Of a DNA stretch of 64,000 bases, positions 28,106 to 36,209 are shown piece by piece. The stretch is from NCBI GenBank assembly GCA_964501365.1, contig CAZCST010000017.1:25705-89704 (forward strand), written 5' to 3'. Source of the stretch: an uncultured Phycisphaera sp. (lineage in GTDB: Bacteria; Planctomycetota; Phycisphaerae; UBA1845). Both the position numbers and the translations under genes were made by a program. The notes below the pieces were generated by a model. The model was given only the letters and a program-made list of their open reading frames with translations. It was not told the origin of the DNA and searched no databases. Positions within the stretch are counted from its first letter, which is position 1. Each line of letters opens with the position of its first letter.

Positions 28106-28966
28106 ATGGCTCTCACAGCTGCCCATCAGAATGCTGAACTTACTGCGCCGACGGCGGAGTTGCGCAGTGCGTTTGCAGAAATGCGCCGTGAGATTGAGAT
28201 CCTGCGGCGACGGGAGGCAATCCGCGAGACGGAGCTGGCGGGGCTGCTGGCCGAGGTCGAACAGGCGCGACGAATCCAGCAACAGGTCGGTTGTGGCCCG
28301 TTGCCGGTCATTCGCGGCGCCGCACTTTGTGCGTATACGAATGCGGCCGGACCCATCAGCGGCGATGCCCACCGTGCGCGGCGCCTTGGTGACAGTGCTG
28401 TGGCACTGTTCGTTGCGGACTCGACCGGACACGGGCTGGCGGCGAGCCTGCTCTCGACGACGATCATCGGGGCGATGTACAGTCCGTTGCGAAGCGCCGC
28501 GCCCGACTGCGTTCTGGAGCGGCTGAATCTTCAGCTTCTGAGCTACGCGCTGGTCGATTGCGAGTTCGTGACGGCTGTTTGTGCCGAGTACGACGAAACC
28601 ACCCGCGTGTTTCGCTGGTCGCGGGCCGGAGCGCCCCCGCCCGTGTTGCTGCGGGGTGGCGTTGGGGCGCAGAGATTGGATTCGGCTGGTCTGGCCCTGG
28701 GGATCGACGCGCAAGCGGGTTATTGCTGCCGCGAAATTCAACTTCAGCCGGGCGATACGATCCTCCTGCACACTGACGGTCTGGAAGCGCTTCATGCGCG
28801 ATGCACGAATACGCGGGACGAACGGGCATTTCTGGGATGGGTTGGACGGCTCTGCGAATGCGGGCTGACCGCAAGTCTGGACGGTCTGGCCGCGCAGTCA
28901 GGCGCGAGTCGGATGCCGGCCCACCGCGATGACATCACTCTACTGTCCCTGCACGTCACCGAATGA
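28106..28966 (+). CDS. SpoIIE/PP2C-family serine phosphatase with N-terminal coiled coil
   Basis: 'A.RIQQ..', 'SGD', 'D..GHG..A...' and 'TDG' are the PPM/SpoIIE motif order. Confidence 0.8.
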   Translation: MALTAAHQNAELTAPTAELRSAFAEMRREIEILRRREAIRETELAGLLAEVEQARRIQQQVGCGPLPVIRGAALCAYTNAAGPISGDAHRARRLGDSAVALFVADSTGHGLAASLLSTTIIGAMYSPLRSAAPDCVLERLNLQLLSYALVDCEFVTAVCAEYDETTRVFRWSRAGAPPPVLLRGGVGAQRLDSAGLALGIDAQAGYCCREIQLQPGDTILLHTDGLEALHARCTNTRDERAFLGWVGRLCECGLTASLDGLAAQSGASRMPAHRDDITLLSLHVTE

Positions 28967-29161
28967 TACTCGCCATTCCCCAATGATTGCGCGGGACGCG
29001 AAAGCAGCGAATGCAAAGTCGTGCTGAAAGTTGGGTTCGTTTTGACAAGTACTGTTTTTGCGCTTGTGGTAGGGTATAGTTCGGATACTCTGGGTTGGGG
29101 GTTCATCTCTCCGGCCAGGCACAAGGGCAGATTTTCTCCAATTCTATCCATCGCTTTTGAT

Positions 29162-29380
29162 AACATGCGGGGCGCGCGCGGATTCCCATCAAATTGCGAT
29201 CGGGGTAAAGGCAGGGGTTAGGGAATAGGGTATAGGGGGGAGGCATTAGGGATTAGGGGATAGACGATGGGGCGGACGGAGTTCGCTCTTCCAAATAATC
29301 GAACCAAGCGCCGAGCCACGCGTATCTTCATCGCGCGCTCGACCCTCACCCCCGGCCCCTCTCCCTGCGAGGGAGAGGTG
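29162..29380. repeat. composite ~219-bp repeat, copy B (inverted relative to copy A)
   Basis: Reverse complement of 15036..15254. Heptamers gggttag ggaatag ggtatag gggggag gcattag ggattag gggatag at about 29214..29264. The hairpin at 29358..29378 abuts the stop of the DtxR-family gene. Confidence 0.85.
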
Positions 29381-29384
29381 GGAG

Positions 29385-30071
29385 TTAGGTCTTTGCGCGT
29401 TTGCGGCGGAGGTCGGGGGTGCAGGGTGCGGCGCGGATGCGGGAGCCGGCCTCGTGGCCGATGGCGACGGGTCGCTGGCCGACGATTAACTGGATGGGGC
29501 CGTTGAAGGGGGCGCGTTCCTGAATTTCGAAGCGCGTGCCGATGCCCAGGCCAAGGTCGGTGAGGTAGCGAAGGAACGACGGATCGCGGTCGGAGACTTC
29601 GACGATTTCGCCCAATGCACCCACGTCCATCTTGTCGAGGCGGACGCCGCGCGATGGCGCGATGGTTCCGTCCCTCGCGGGGATCGGCGATCCGTGCGGA
29701 TCGAATTCGGGGCGGCCGAGGTAGTCGTACATCCGCTCAACGAGCATGTCGCTGACGACGTGCTCAAGCTGCTCGGCATCGGCGTGCACGGCGTCCCACG
29801 ACAGGCCAAGGGTCTGCGAAAGGAACAGCTCGATGAGGCGGTGGCGGCGGATCATGCCGAGGGCGACCTGCCGGCCACGGGTGGTGAGCTGGACGCCCTT
29901 GTACGGTGTGTGCTTGACGTAGCCTTCGGCGGCGAGGTGCTTCATCATGCCGGTCACGGAGGCCATCTTCACTTCGAGGCGTTCGGCGATTTCCTTGGTC
30001 GTGGCGCGGGCGTGCTCGGACTCGAGTGCGTATATCGTCTTGATGTAATCTTCGATGGAGGCGCTGAGCAT
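29385..30071 (-). CDS. DtxR/MntR-family metal-dependent transcriptional regulator with C-terminal FeoA/SH3-like domain
   Basis: 'EDYIK.IY.L......A....IA..L.V...SV..M...L...G', 'RRHRL.E.FL' and 'H.EAE.LEH' are DtxR hallmarks. Only the last 228 codons of the 628-aa track ORF are used. Confidence 0.9.
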   Translation of the reverse strand: MLSASIEDYIKTIYALESEHARATTKEIAERLEVKMASVTGMMKHLAAEGYVKHTPYKGVQLTTRGRQVALGMIRRHRLIELFLSQTLGLSWDAVHADAEQLEHVVSDMLVERMYDYLGRPEFDPHGSPIPARDGTIAPSRGVRLDKMDVGALGEIVEVSDRDPSFLRYLTDLGLGIGTRFEIQERAPFNGPIQLIVGQRPVAIGHEAGSRIRAAPCTPDLRRKRAKT

Positions 30072-30173
30072 AGGCGTATCCGGCTGGCGGCATGATAGGG
30101 GAAGATTTGATCCGATGCGAAGGGTCGTGGCGAAAACTTTGTGCGATGCGTGGCATGGTCTAGAATCGCGCTC

Positions 30174-31508
30174 ATGACGAACGCATTGCGGAATCGGAAA
30201 ACTGGAGTTTGGGCGGGGTGGGTGGTGGTAAGGGCGGCTCTGGCGGCGATGGCCTTGGCTGGCGCGGCACAGGGGGAGGATTGGCCGCAATGGCGCGGGC
30301 CGAATCGGGACGGCGTCTGGACCGAGAGCGGCCTCACCGAAAAATTCGACAAGCCGCAGCTTGACCTCGTTTGGCGCGCTCCGATCGGGAGCGGGTACAG
30401 CGGCCCGACGGTATGGCAGGGACTGGTGTTTGTTACCGACCGGGTGGTCGAGCCGGAACAGATCGAACGTGTGCATTGTTTTGACGCCAAGACCGGCAGG
30501 AAAATCTGGTCGCACGAGTACAAGTGTGCCTACCGCGACGTGGGGTATGACGCGGGGCCGCGGTCGTCGGTGACTGTCGAAGCCGGGCGGGCGTATGCAC
30601 TGGGGGCGATGGGGAATCTCTTCTGCTTCGAGGCAGGCACGGGGAAGATTCTCTGGGAGAAGGACCTGAACAAGGAGTACAAGATTCGGATGCCGAAATG
30701 GGGCATTTCGGCGGCCCCGCTCATCGAAGGCGATCTGCTCATCGTGCAGGCGGGCGGTACGAATGCGTGTTATGTCGCGTTCGACAAGGTGTCGGGTGCG
30801 GAGCGGTGGAAGTCGCTTGAAGACAATGCGTCCTATTCGTCGCCGATCATGATTGAGCAGGCGGGCAAGCGGGTGATGGTGGCGTACACCGGCGACAACG
30901 TCGTGGGGATGAATCCACAGACGGGCGAGGTGTATTGGAAGTATCCGTTTCCGGCCAAACGAGTCATCATCGGGATTTGCGATCCGCTGGTCAGCGGCGA
31001 TCGATTGTTTCTTACGAACTTCTTTGATGGCTCGCTGATGCTCAGGCTCGACAAGAACAAGCTCGCCGTGGAGAAGATCTGGGCGCGGGCGGGCGAAGAT
31101 GAGCAACACACGGACGCCCTGCACTCCATCATTTCGACGCCGATTTTCGACGGCGACTACATCTATGGCGTGGACAGCTACGGCGAGCTGCGCTGCCTCG
31201 ACGCGAAGAACGGCGATCGCATTTGGGAGAGTCTGGAGGCGGTGCCGAAGGCGCGCTGGGCCACCATTCACATGGTTCGAAATGCAGGCAAGGTTTGGAT
31301 GTTCAATGAACGCGGCGAGTTGATTATTTCAGAGCTTTCTCCGAAGGGATTCAAGGAGATCAGCCGGGCCAAGCTGATCGAGCCAACGGAGGACCAGCTT
31401 CGCATGCGCGGCGGCGTGACCTGGACGCACCCTGCTTTCGCCAACAAGCACGTCTTCGTCAGGAATGACAAGGAACTGGTCTGCGCCGATCTCACGGGCA
31501 GGAAGTAG
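30174..31508 (+). CDS. secreted PQQ-like (BamB-type) beta-propeller repeat protein
   Basis: Signal peptide, then 'EDWPQWRGPNRDG' and repeated 'G...W' blades typical of PQQ_2/PQQ_3 propellers. Confidence 0.8.
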   Translation: MTNALRNRKTGVWAGWVVVRAALAAMALAGAAQGEDWPQWRGPNRDGVWTESGLTEKFDKPQLDLVWRAPIGSGYSGPTVWQGLVFVTDRVVEPEQIERVHCFDAKTGRKIWSHEYKCAYRDVGYDAGPRSSVTVEAGRAYALGAMGNLFCFEAGTGKILWEKDLNKEYKIRMPKWGISAAPLIEGDLLIVQAGGTNACYVAFDKVSGAERWKSLEDNASYSSPIMIEQAGKRVMVAYTGDNVVGMNPQTGEVYWKYPFPAKRVIIGICDPLVSGDRLFLTNFFDGSLMLRLDKNKLAVEKIWARAGEDEQHTDALHSIISTPIFDGDYIYGVDSYGELRCLDAKNGDRIWESLEAVPKARWATIHMVRNAGKVWMFNERGELIISELSPKGFKEISRAKLIEPTEDQLRMRGGVTWTHPAFANKHVFVRNDKELVCADLTGRK

Positions 31509-31626
31509 CGAGGAATTACCGCCGACTCCGAAGTTTTCAGCCTAAATGTACGAAATTAGCGGACCACGCCGGTCGAACTCCCTGTTTTTGCAGCCTATGA
31601 TTCAGAGTCCATTTTGGGGAGACTCG

Positions 31627-32958
31627 ATGTTGAATAGACCGGCTTGTTCCATGCTTGTTTTTTCGTTGGGGTGGTTGAGCGCACTGCCGACATACGCCGG
31701 CACCGCTGCGGTCATTCAGCCGGTCGGCGCGACCGGCACGCACACGATTATTGGAAACGACATTTTCCTTCCCTCCGGCCCTCAGCGAGTGGGCCTTGAA
31801 GTGCGAATTGCGGGATGGGGTCTGGAACATCTCAAGGTAGTGCAAATGGCCATTGATTCGTCGGGCTTTGCCAATGGCTCAGCGCCGCTGACTCATTCCG
31901 TGGTTTCCTGTCCAAGCAACAATTCTGCTGGGAACACGTTTTGCGCCCAGACACTGGAAGCGGGCTCACGTTGTAACATTGGGTGCAGCTCCGGAAGCAC
32001 GATCGGTTGTTCTTGCGAGTCGGGGTTCATCAACCGACAGCGAAGCGACTATGCCGCCCTATCGGTTGACCATATTCCAGCGGTTGATAATGCCGGCCAG
32101 GACTATCGTATGGGATTTGCGGTGTTCCCACCCGAATATGTTGAGGATCCGGGCGCATCGGCTTACGTCGGCACAATGTTCCTCGATGTCCCGGCGGGCG
32201 CACAGGGAACATACACGGTAGGCTTCAAGGCGGATGAAACATTTCTATCAAACGAAAACAATCCGCCCCTCAATGACATCCCCATCGCACTCCGCACGCC
32301 GGTCAGAATCATCATCGGCGATCCTGTTGCGCCGGGGAGTCGTTACATCGCCTATGAACCTGGCAGACCAGGCGAGCAGACGGCCATTCAGGTATCGTTG
32401 AGTTCGATCTATCACCCCGGGCCTCCTGTGGCCGCCGGGGAAGATCGCAACTTCAGCGCGCTTCAGGGGTTCGTGCGATGGGCCGGACCGCCGAATACGT
32501 TTCCCGATACGGCTCCGGGGAGTACGTTTACGGCAGCTTCGCTTCAGTGTACGCCCCATTACAGGGACTGGGGATCACTGGGAGTCGTTGAGTTGTATGG
32601 TGATACGGTCATTCCCAGTTCGGTGTACATCATTCGCCAGGTCCCTACTATCTGCGAAGTAAGTCCCAACGATCCGGCATGTTTCGGCCCGGGGCAGTCA
32701 GTGCATACCGGGCAGTGGGGTGATGCGGCCGCTCCATTTGCGCGGAGCGATCAGGCTTCGCAGCCCGATGCCGTTGACCTGGCGGAGATCATCGACGCAT
32801 TCAAGGGAGTGATCGACGCCACACCGAAAGCGTTGACGCAACTACGCGGCGCGACCCCGAATCCATCCGCCGCTGTCAATTTCATTGATGTGCGCCTGGC
32901 CGCCGATGCGGTCAGAGGGATGCCGTATCCCTATCCGGTTCCCCCGGCCTGCCCGTAG
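31627..32958 (+). CDS. secreted hypothetical protein (Cys-rich central region, possible dockerin-like C-terminus)
   Basis: Signal peptide 'MLVFSLGWLSALPTYAG'. No recognised catalytic motif. C-terminal 'DAVDLAEIIDAF...FIDVRLAADAV' is weakly dockerin-like. Confidence 0.5.
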   Translation: MLNRPACSMLVFSLGWLSALPTYAGTAAVIQPVGATGTHTIIGNDIFLPSGPQRVGLEVRIAGWGLEHLKVVQMAIDSSGFANGSAPLTHSVVSCPSNNSAGNTFCAQTLEAGSRCNIGCSSGSTIGCSCESGFINRQRSDYAALSVDHIPAVDNAGQDYRMGFAVFPPEYVEDPGASAYVGTMFLDVPAGAQGTYTVGFKADETFLSNENNPPLNDIPIALRTPVRIIIGDPVAPGSRYIAYEPGRPGEQTAIQVSLSSIYHPGPPVAAGEDRNFSALQGFVRWAGPPNTFPDTAPGSTFTAASLQCTPHYRDWGSLGVVELYGDTVIPSSVYIIRQVPTICEVSPNDPACFGPGQSVHTGQWGDAAAPFARSDQASQPDAVDLAEIIDAFKGVIDATPKALTQLRGATPNPSAAVNFIDVRLAADAVRGMPYPYPVPPACP

Positions 32959-34642
32959 CCCGCACAAGGCTCGGAGCCTTTGCCATCTGAAACAATCCGC
33001 GGTCTTCATCCGGCGAAGTGAAAAGATATTGATGCTTGTACTGATCGCCGGAGCGGTGCACTTTTGCGCATTGGATATCCCAACTGGCGAGCGCACCGCA
33101 GGGAAGGAGCATAAGCTGCATGGGACCGAGTCGCTGCGAGGATCTCTTGCCAGCGTACTCAATGTTCAGCCGACAGAGTTCATCGTCGAGCCGACGAGCG
33201 AGAGAATCCTGTGCGTCGCGGCTTGCCTCGAGATAGAGCCTGTAGAATGGCGGCTGCGACCAGGCGGGAGCGACGACGAAGTTGGCGGTGGTGATTCCCA
33301 GGGCTTTGCCGGCGCGTTCCATTGCGGTGGTGACCTGCCATTCGGAGATTTTTTCGCCGGTCATGGAGCAGACCCGCGAGCCGCGATGGAGGAATTCCAA
33401 CAGCGGTGTATGCCCTTCAAAACCCGCCACGCGCACGCAATCTCCAATGTCGTAACGATACAGGCCCGCCGAATTTGTGATGATGACGCGATACACGCCG
33501 CCGGTGTCAAGTTCGTGGCACTGATGAACGATCGCGGGAGTCTTGTCGCTGACTTCTGCAAATTCAAAAAATCCGGCGTCCAGATCCAGCAGGCCGGTGG
33601 AAGTTCCCCTGGAAAGACCGATGGAGACGCGGCCCTCTGTTGCGAGCAGGCCGATTTCGCGCACCGGTGTGTCGCCGAAATAGTGGGGAAATTCGCGGAG
33701 GTGAAGCGCGAGTGTGCCGCCGGTCCAGTTGGCCAGAAAGGCCAGCCGCCAGTAGTTCGCGGGGATCAGTGAGTTGGACTGCGATCGAAGGGATTCAAGC
33801 CGCTGCGCCGTTTGCGGATCGGGCGCCAGATGAGGCGCGAACAACGAGGCCAGCGAATCAGGAATGGGATTCGGGGGCGTGAGCGTTCCGTCGTGGATAT
33901 CGCGAATGAGTTGATCGGCGTGGGCTGTTACCGAGCGGGCGAGCTCGAGCGGAGTGGCCGGGCTGGCCGTGACGATCCACGCCACATCGCGCGGCACGGC
34001 GAAGCGCATGATGGTGTAGTATCGCGATTCCGCATCCGCGATCTGCGCGACTTGCGGCGGCGCGGCGTAAAAGCGGCGGACGATGCGGGTTTGCATGCCT
34101 GCGAGAAGCCCGGAAATCGAACCGCACGGAACGCCGTGCGCAGTGTGCTCGATATCAAAGGGAGAACTCACTTGCAGAATCGGGCGCATGAATGCGGCGG
34201 GATGATCGAGCAGGGCCTTGCCGCCGAAGGCATTCCAACCGCGACGATAATCGCGGACGAATTGCGGCGTGACCGGGATGTATTTGGGACGGTCTGTGCT
34301 TCCGCTGGTCATGGCGAACATGAGGACGCGCTGTCCGGGGCCAAAGAGGGCGCGCTCGTGGCCATCCATGACTTCCTGAATACAGGGACGAAGTTGCTCG
34401 TACTCGCGGATGGGCACGGCGTTGCGGAAGTCGTCAACGGATCGAATTCGGGAGAATTGGTGCCGGCGTCCGAAATCACTTTGCGCGTTGTCTTTGATGC
34501 GTTCGAGGAGAACGCGTTCCTGGAGCTGGATCGCATTTTTGGCCTTCTGGAGAAGGCGTTGATATGTCCGCTGCGCGTTGGCGCGGGCGGCCAGGCCCAG
34601 GGCGGTGTCGATCAAGAAGTTTGACGGGCCAAAGTTGAGCAT
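32912..34642 (-). CDS. GH3-family (auxin-responsive-promoter-like) acyl-adenylate-forming enzyme
   Basis: 'F...V.......Y..L.P.I', 'F..TSG.T...K.IP.T' and length ~575 aa match the bacterial GH3 family. The 3' end overlaps the convergent gene by 47 nt. Confidence 0.8.
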   Translation of the reverse strand: MLNFGPSNFLIDTALGLAARANAQRTYQRLLQKAKNAIQLQERVLLERIKDNAQSDFGRRHQFSRIRSVDDFRNAVPIREYEQLRPCIQEVMDGHERALFGPGQRVLMFAMTSGSTDRPKYIPVTPQFVRDYRRGWNAFGGKALLDHPAAFMRPILQVSSPFDIEHTAHGVPCGSISGLLAGMQTRIVRRFYAAPPQVAQIADAESRYYTIMRFAVPRDVAWIVTASPATPLELARSVTAHADQLIRDIHDGTLTPPNPIPDSLASLFAPHLAPDPQTAQRLESLRSQSNSLIPANYWRLAFLANWTGGTLALHLREFPHYFGDTPVREIGLLATEGRVSIGLSRGTSTGLLDLDAGFFEFAEVSDKTPAIVHQCHELDTGGVYRVIITNSAGLYRYDIGDCVRVAGFEGHTPLLEFLHRGSRVCSMTGEKISEWQVTTAMERAGKALGITTANFVVAPAWSQPPFYRLYLEASRDAQDSLARRLDDELCRLNIEYAGKRSSQRLGPMQLMLLPCGALASWDIQCAKVHRSGDQYKHQYLFTSPDEDRGLFQMAKAPSLVRATGRPGEPDRDTASL

Positions 34643-34698
34643 TGCTGCTGCGCAATTAAGGGTTTGGAGGCGCTTTCGTCAATTGTTGATTTCGCAGT

Positions 34699-34842
34699 CT
34701 ATGAACCGATGCCCCGTTGGGGCATTTCGTGCGGGAGCGTAACAAACTTCGTGCCGCATTCGGGGCAGGTGCCGGTCGTGTTGCCTATGAGATTGTAGCC
34801 GCATTTCATGCATAGGCCGGGGCGGCGACGGTGGAAATCCTC
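34699..34842 (-). pseudogene. 3' relic of a zinc-ribbon membrane-protein paralog
   Basis: Minus-strand frame reads '...RRRPGLCMKCGYNLIGNTTGTCPECGTKFVTLPHEMPQRGIGS*'. It is closed upstream by TGA at 34843..34845. The DNA is closely similar to the 3' end of the 35609..36157 gene. Confidence 0.7.
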
Positions 34843-34864
34843 TCAATCCTAGATGTTGATTTTT

Positions 34865-34931
34865 GACCCCTGCGGGGTCAAGGTGTGTAGCCACGGGTAG
34901 AGGTCGCCACGGCGACCGGAACCCGTGGATA
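34865..34931. repeat. structured REP unit (left, orientation 1)
   Basis: gacccctgcggggtc hairpin, then aaggtgtgtagCCACGGGT...ACCCGTGGata with an inner GGTCGCC-ac-GGCGACC hairpin. Its reverse complement recurs at 35119..35177. Confidence 0.8.
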
Positions 34932-34932
34932 A

Positions 34933-35076
34933 ATGGTCAAATCGGCAAGAGGAGACGTGCGCAGGTATATTGAGAATCAAATCGAGCATCATCGCGGACG
35001 AGATTTCAAGAATGAATTGTTGGCCCTCTTGCGGGCGCACGAGATTGAGTTCGGCGAAAAGTACGTGTTCGATTGA
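34933..35076 (+). pseudogene. 5'-truncated relic of an IS200-like Y1 (RAYT-type) transposase gene
   Basis: The 47-codon frame 'MVKSARGDVRRYIENQIEHHRGRDFKNELLALLRAHEIEFGEKYVFD*' matches the characteristic C-terminus of this family ('V..YI.NQ..HH....F..E....L..H.I.[FY]DE[RK]Y[VL]W[D]'). The HUH and catalytic-Tyr regions are absent. Confidence 0.7.
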
Positions 35077-35118
35077 TTCCTCCGCCCCTCCGGGGCGGGA
35101 ATTCTCAATGGAATCCCA

Positions 35119-35177
35119 TATCCACGGGTTCCGCTACGCTCCACCCGTGGCTACACACCTTCGCCCCGTTGGGGCGA
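35119..35177. repeat. structured REP unit (right, inverted)
   Basis: tatCCACGGGTtccgctacgctccACCCGTGGctacacacctt, then the cgccccgttggggcg hairpin. Inverted relative to 34865..34931. It overlaps the last codons of the 35151..35627 gene. Confidence 0.8.
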
Positions 35178-35627
35178 ATCCGCTGGGCACGCCAGTTTCA
35201 AATCAGATTTCGTGCCGCATTCGGGGCATATGCCGGACAGATTTCCAGTCAGATCATAGTCGCACTTGGCGCATCGCCCAGTTCGCAAACGCTTCGCGCT
35301 GCGGCTTGTTCCAACTGCAGCAGAGATGGCAACTACTCCCGGAATCCACAAGGGAATGAGAATACGTCCGCCTGCGATTTCGAACGAGGGGAGCCATCGC
35401 GTTTCGGGGGGGCGAAGACGCATCCAGAACCATCCTCCCGCCGGGATGCTCGGTCCTGCAACGGCTATCCCGAAACATCCTCCGGATAGAGCTATCATGG
35501 CATTTGTACCCCAATATCCAAATTGCCAATGGCGCGTGCCGACAAAGGACGCAAATGACAAGATTGCAATGAGCAAATACGAGATGGGTTTCTTAAATCG
35601 CGCCCGCTTCACGTTTGCGTTCCGCAT
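35151..35627 (-). CDS. membrane protein with C-terminal C-x2-C-x11-C-x2-C zinc ribbon (paralog 2)
   Basis: Two TM segments, a basic stretch, then 'CAKCDYDLTGNLSGICPECGT'. The start is set at 'MRNANV' because upstream codons are the out-of-frame read of the neighbouring gene. Confidence 0.6.
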   Translation of the reverse strand: MRNANVKRARFKKPISYLLIAILSFASFVGTRHWQFGYWGTNAMIALSGGCFGIAVAGPSIPAGGWFWMRLRPPETRWLPSFEIAGGRILIPLWIPGVVAISAAVGTSRSAKRLRTGRCAKCDYDLTGNLSGICPECGTKSDLKLACPADSPQRGEGV

Positions 35628-36157
35628 TCGGGGCAGACGCCGGTCGTGTTGCCCGCGAGATTGTAGCCGCATTTGAGGCATAGGCCGCGACGCATTCGGG
35701 ATTTCTTTCGACGGGCCGGATATCGAATCAACCACAAGCTTGGCCAGATAGAAAAAATCATAGCCCAAGGAAGGAGTGGCGTGTCAATTTGCAGTTCGTA
35801 GATAAAGATGTGAAATGGTTTTCCAAGGCTTGTACCGTAGTAACCACAAGGTTGCTTGACCAAGGCCTTGAAACTTCCAAGTTCGAACTTTCCTAAGTCC
35901 GATGGATTCGCAGGTGCATCGTTCGGAATTGGATCTCTTGCCTTCTGAACCGTTGCTTCAAGGTAACCAGAACGCAGCTTAACTCGTTGGACGTAAAACC
36001 AGTCAGCCTCGGTGGGAATCGGACGGTATGTAAAGTATGGCCGCTTGTAACTGAAGATCCACGCAACAAGGAAGCAGCTTGCAATGAGAAATGAGCTGAC
36101 TATGAGAATCCTTCGAAGGACTGAAAAGATTCCGAGCCTGCGCATGGCCTCTATCAC
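35609..36157 (-). CDS. membrane protein with C-terminal C-x2-C-x11-C-x2-C zinc ribbon (paralog 3)
   Basis: N-terminal TM, a ~100-aa extracytoplasmic region, a second TM, 'RRKKSRMRRG', then 'CLKCGYNLAGNTTGVCPECGT'. Confidence 0.65.
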   Translation of the reverse strand: MIEAMRRLGIFSVLRRILIVSSFLIASCFLVAWIFSYKRPYFTYRPIPTEADWFYVQRVKLRSGYLEATVQKARDPIPNDAPANPSDLGKFELGSFKALVKQPCGYYGTSLGKPFHIFIYELQIDTPLLPWAMIFSIWPSLWLIRYPARRKKSRMRRGLCLKCGYNLAGNTTGVCPECGTQT

Positions 36158-36186
36158 ATAATCACATCACTACATCGCCATATCCG

Positions 36187-36204
36187 CGCGAACTCAAGTT
36201 CGCG
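36187..36204. repeat. GCGAAC-N4-GTTCGC hairpin repeat
   Basis: cgcgaac-tcaa-gttcgcg lies 6 nt downstream of the lepA stop (minus strand). Confidence 0.6.
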
Positions 36205-36209
36205 GCTCG

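Noticed and set aside
30072-31271. N-terminal 400 aa of the 628-aa minus-strand track ORF (29385..31271)
   Set aside because: This part is antisense to the PQQ-like propeller gene and is Arg/Pro-rich. The DtxR-family sequence begins at the Met encoded at 30071, so only 29385..30071 is called.
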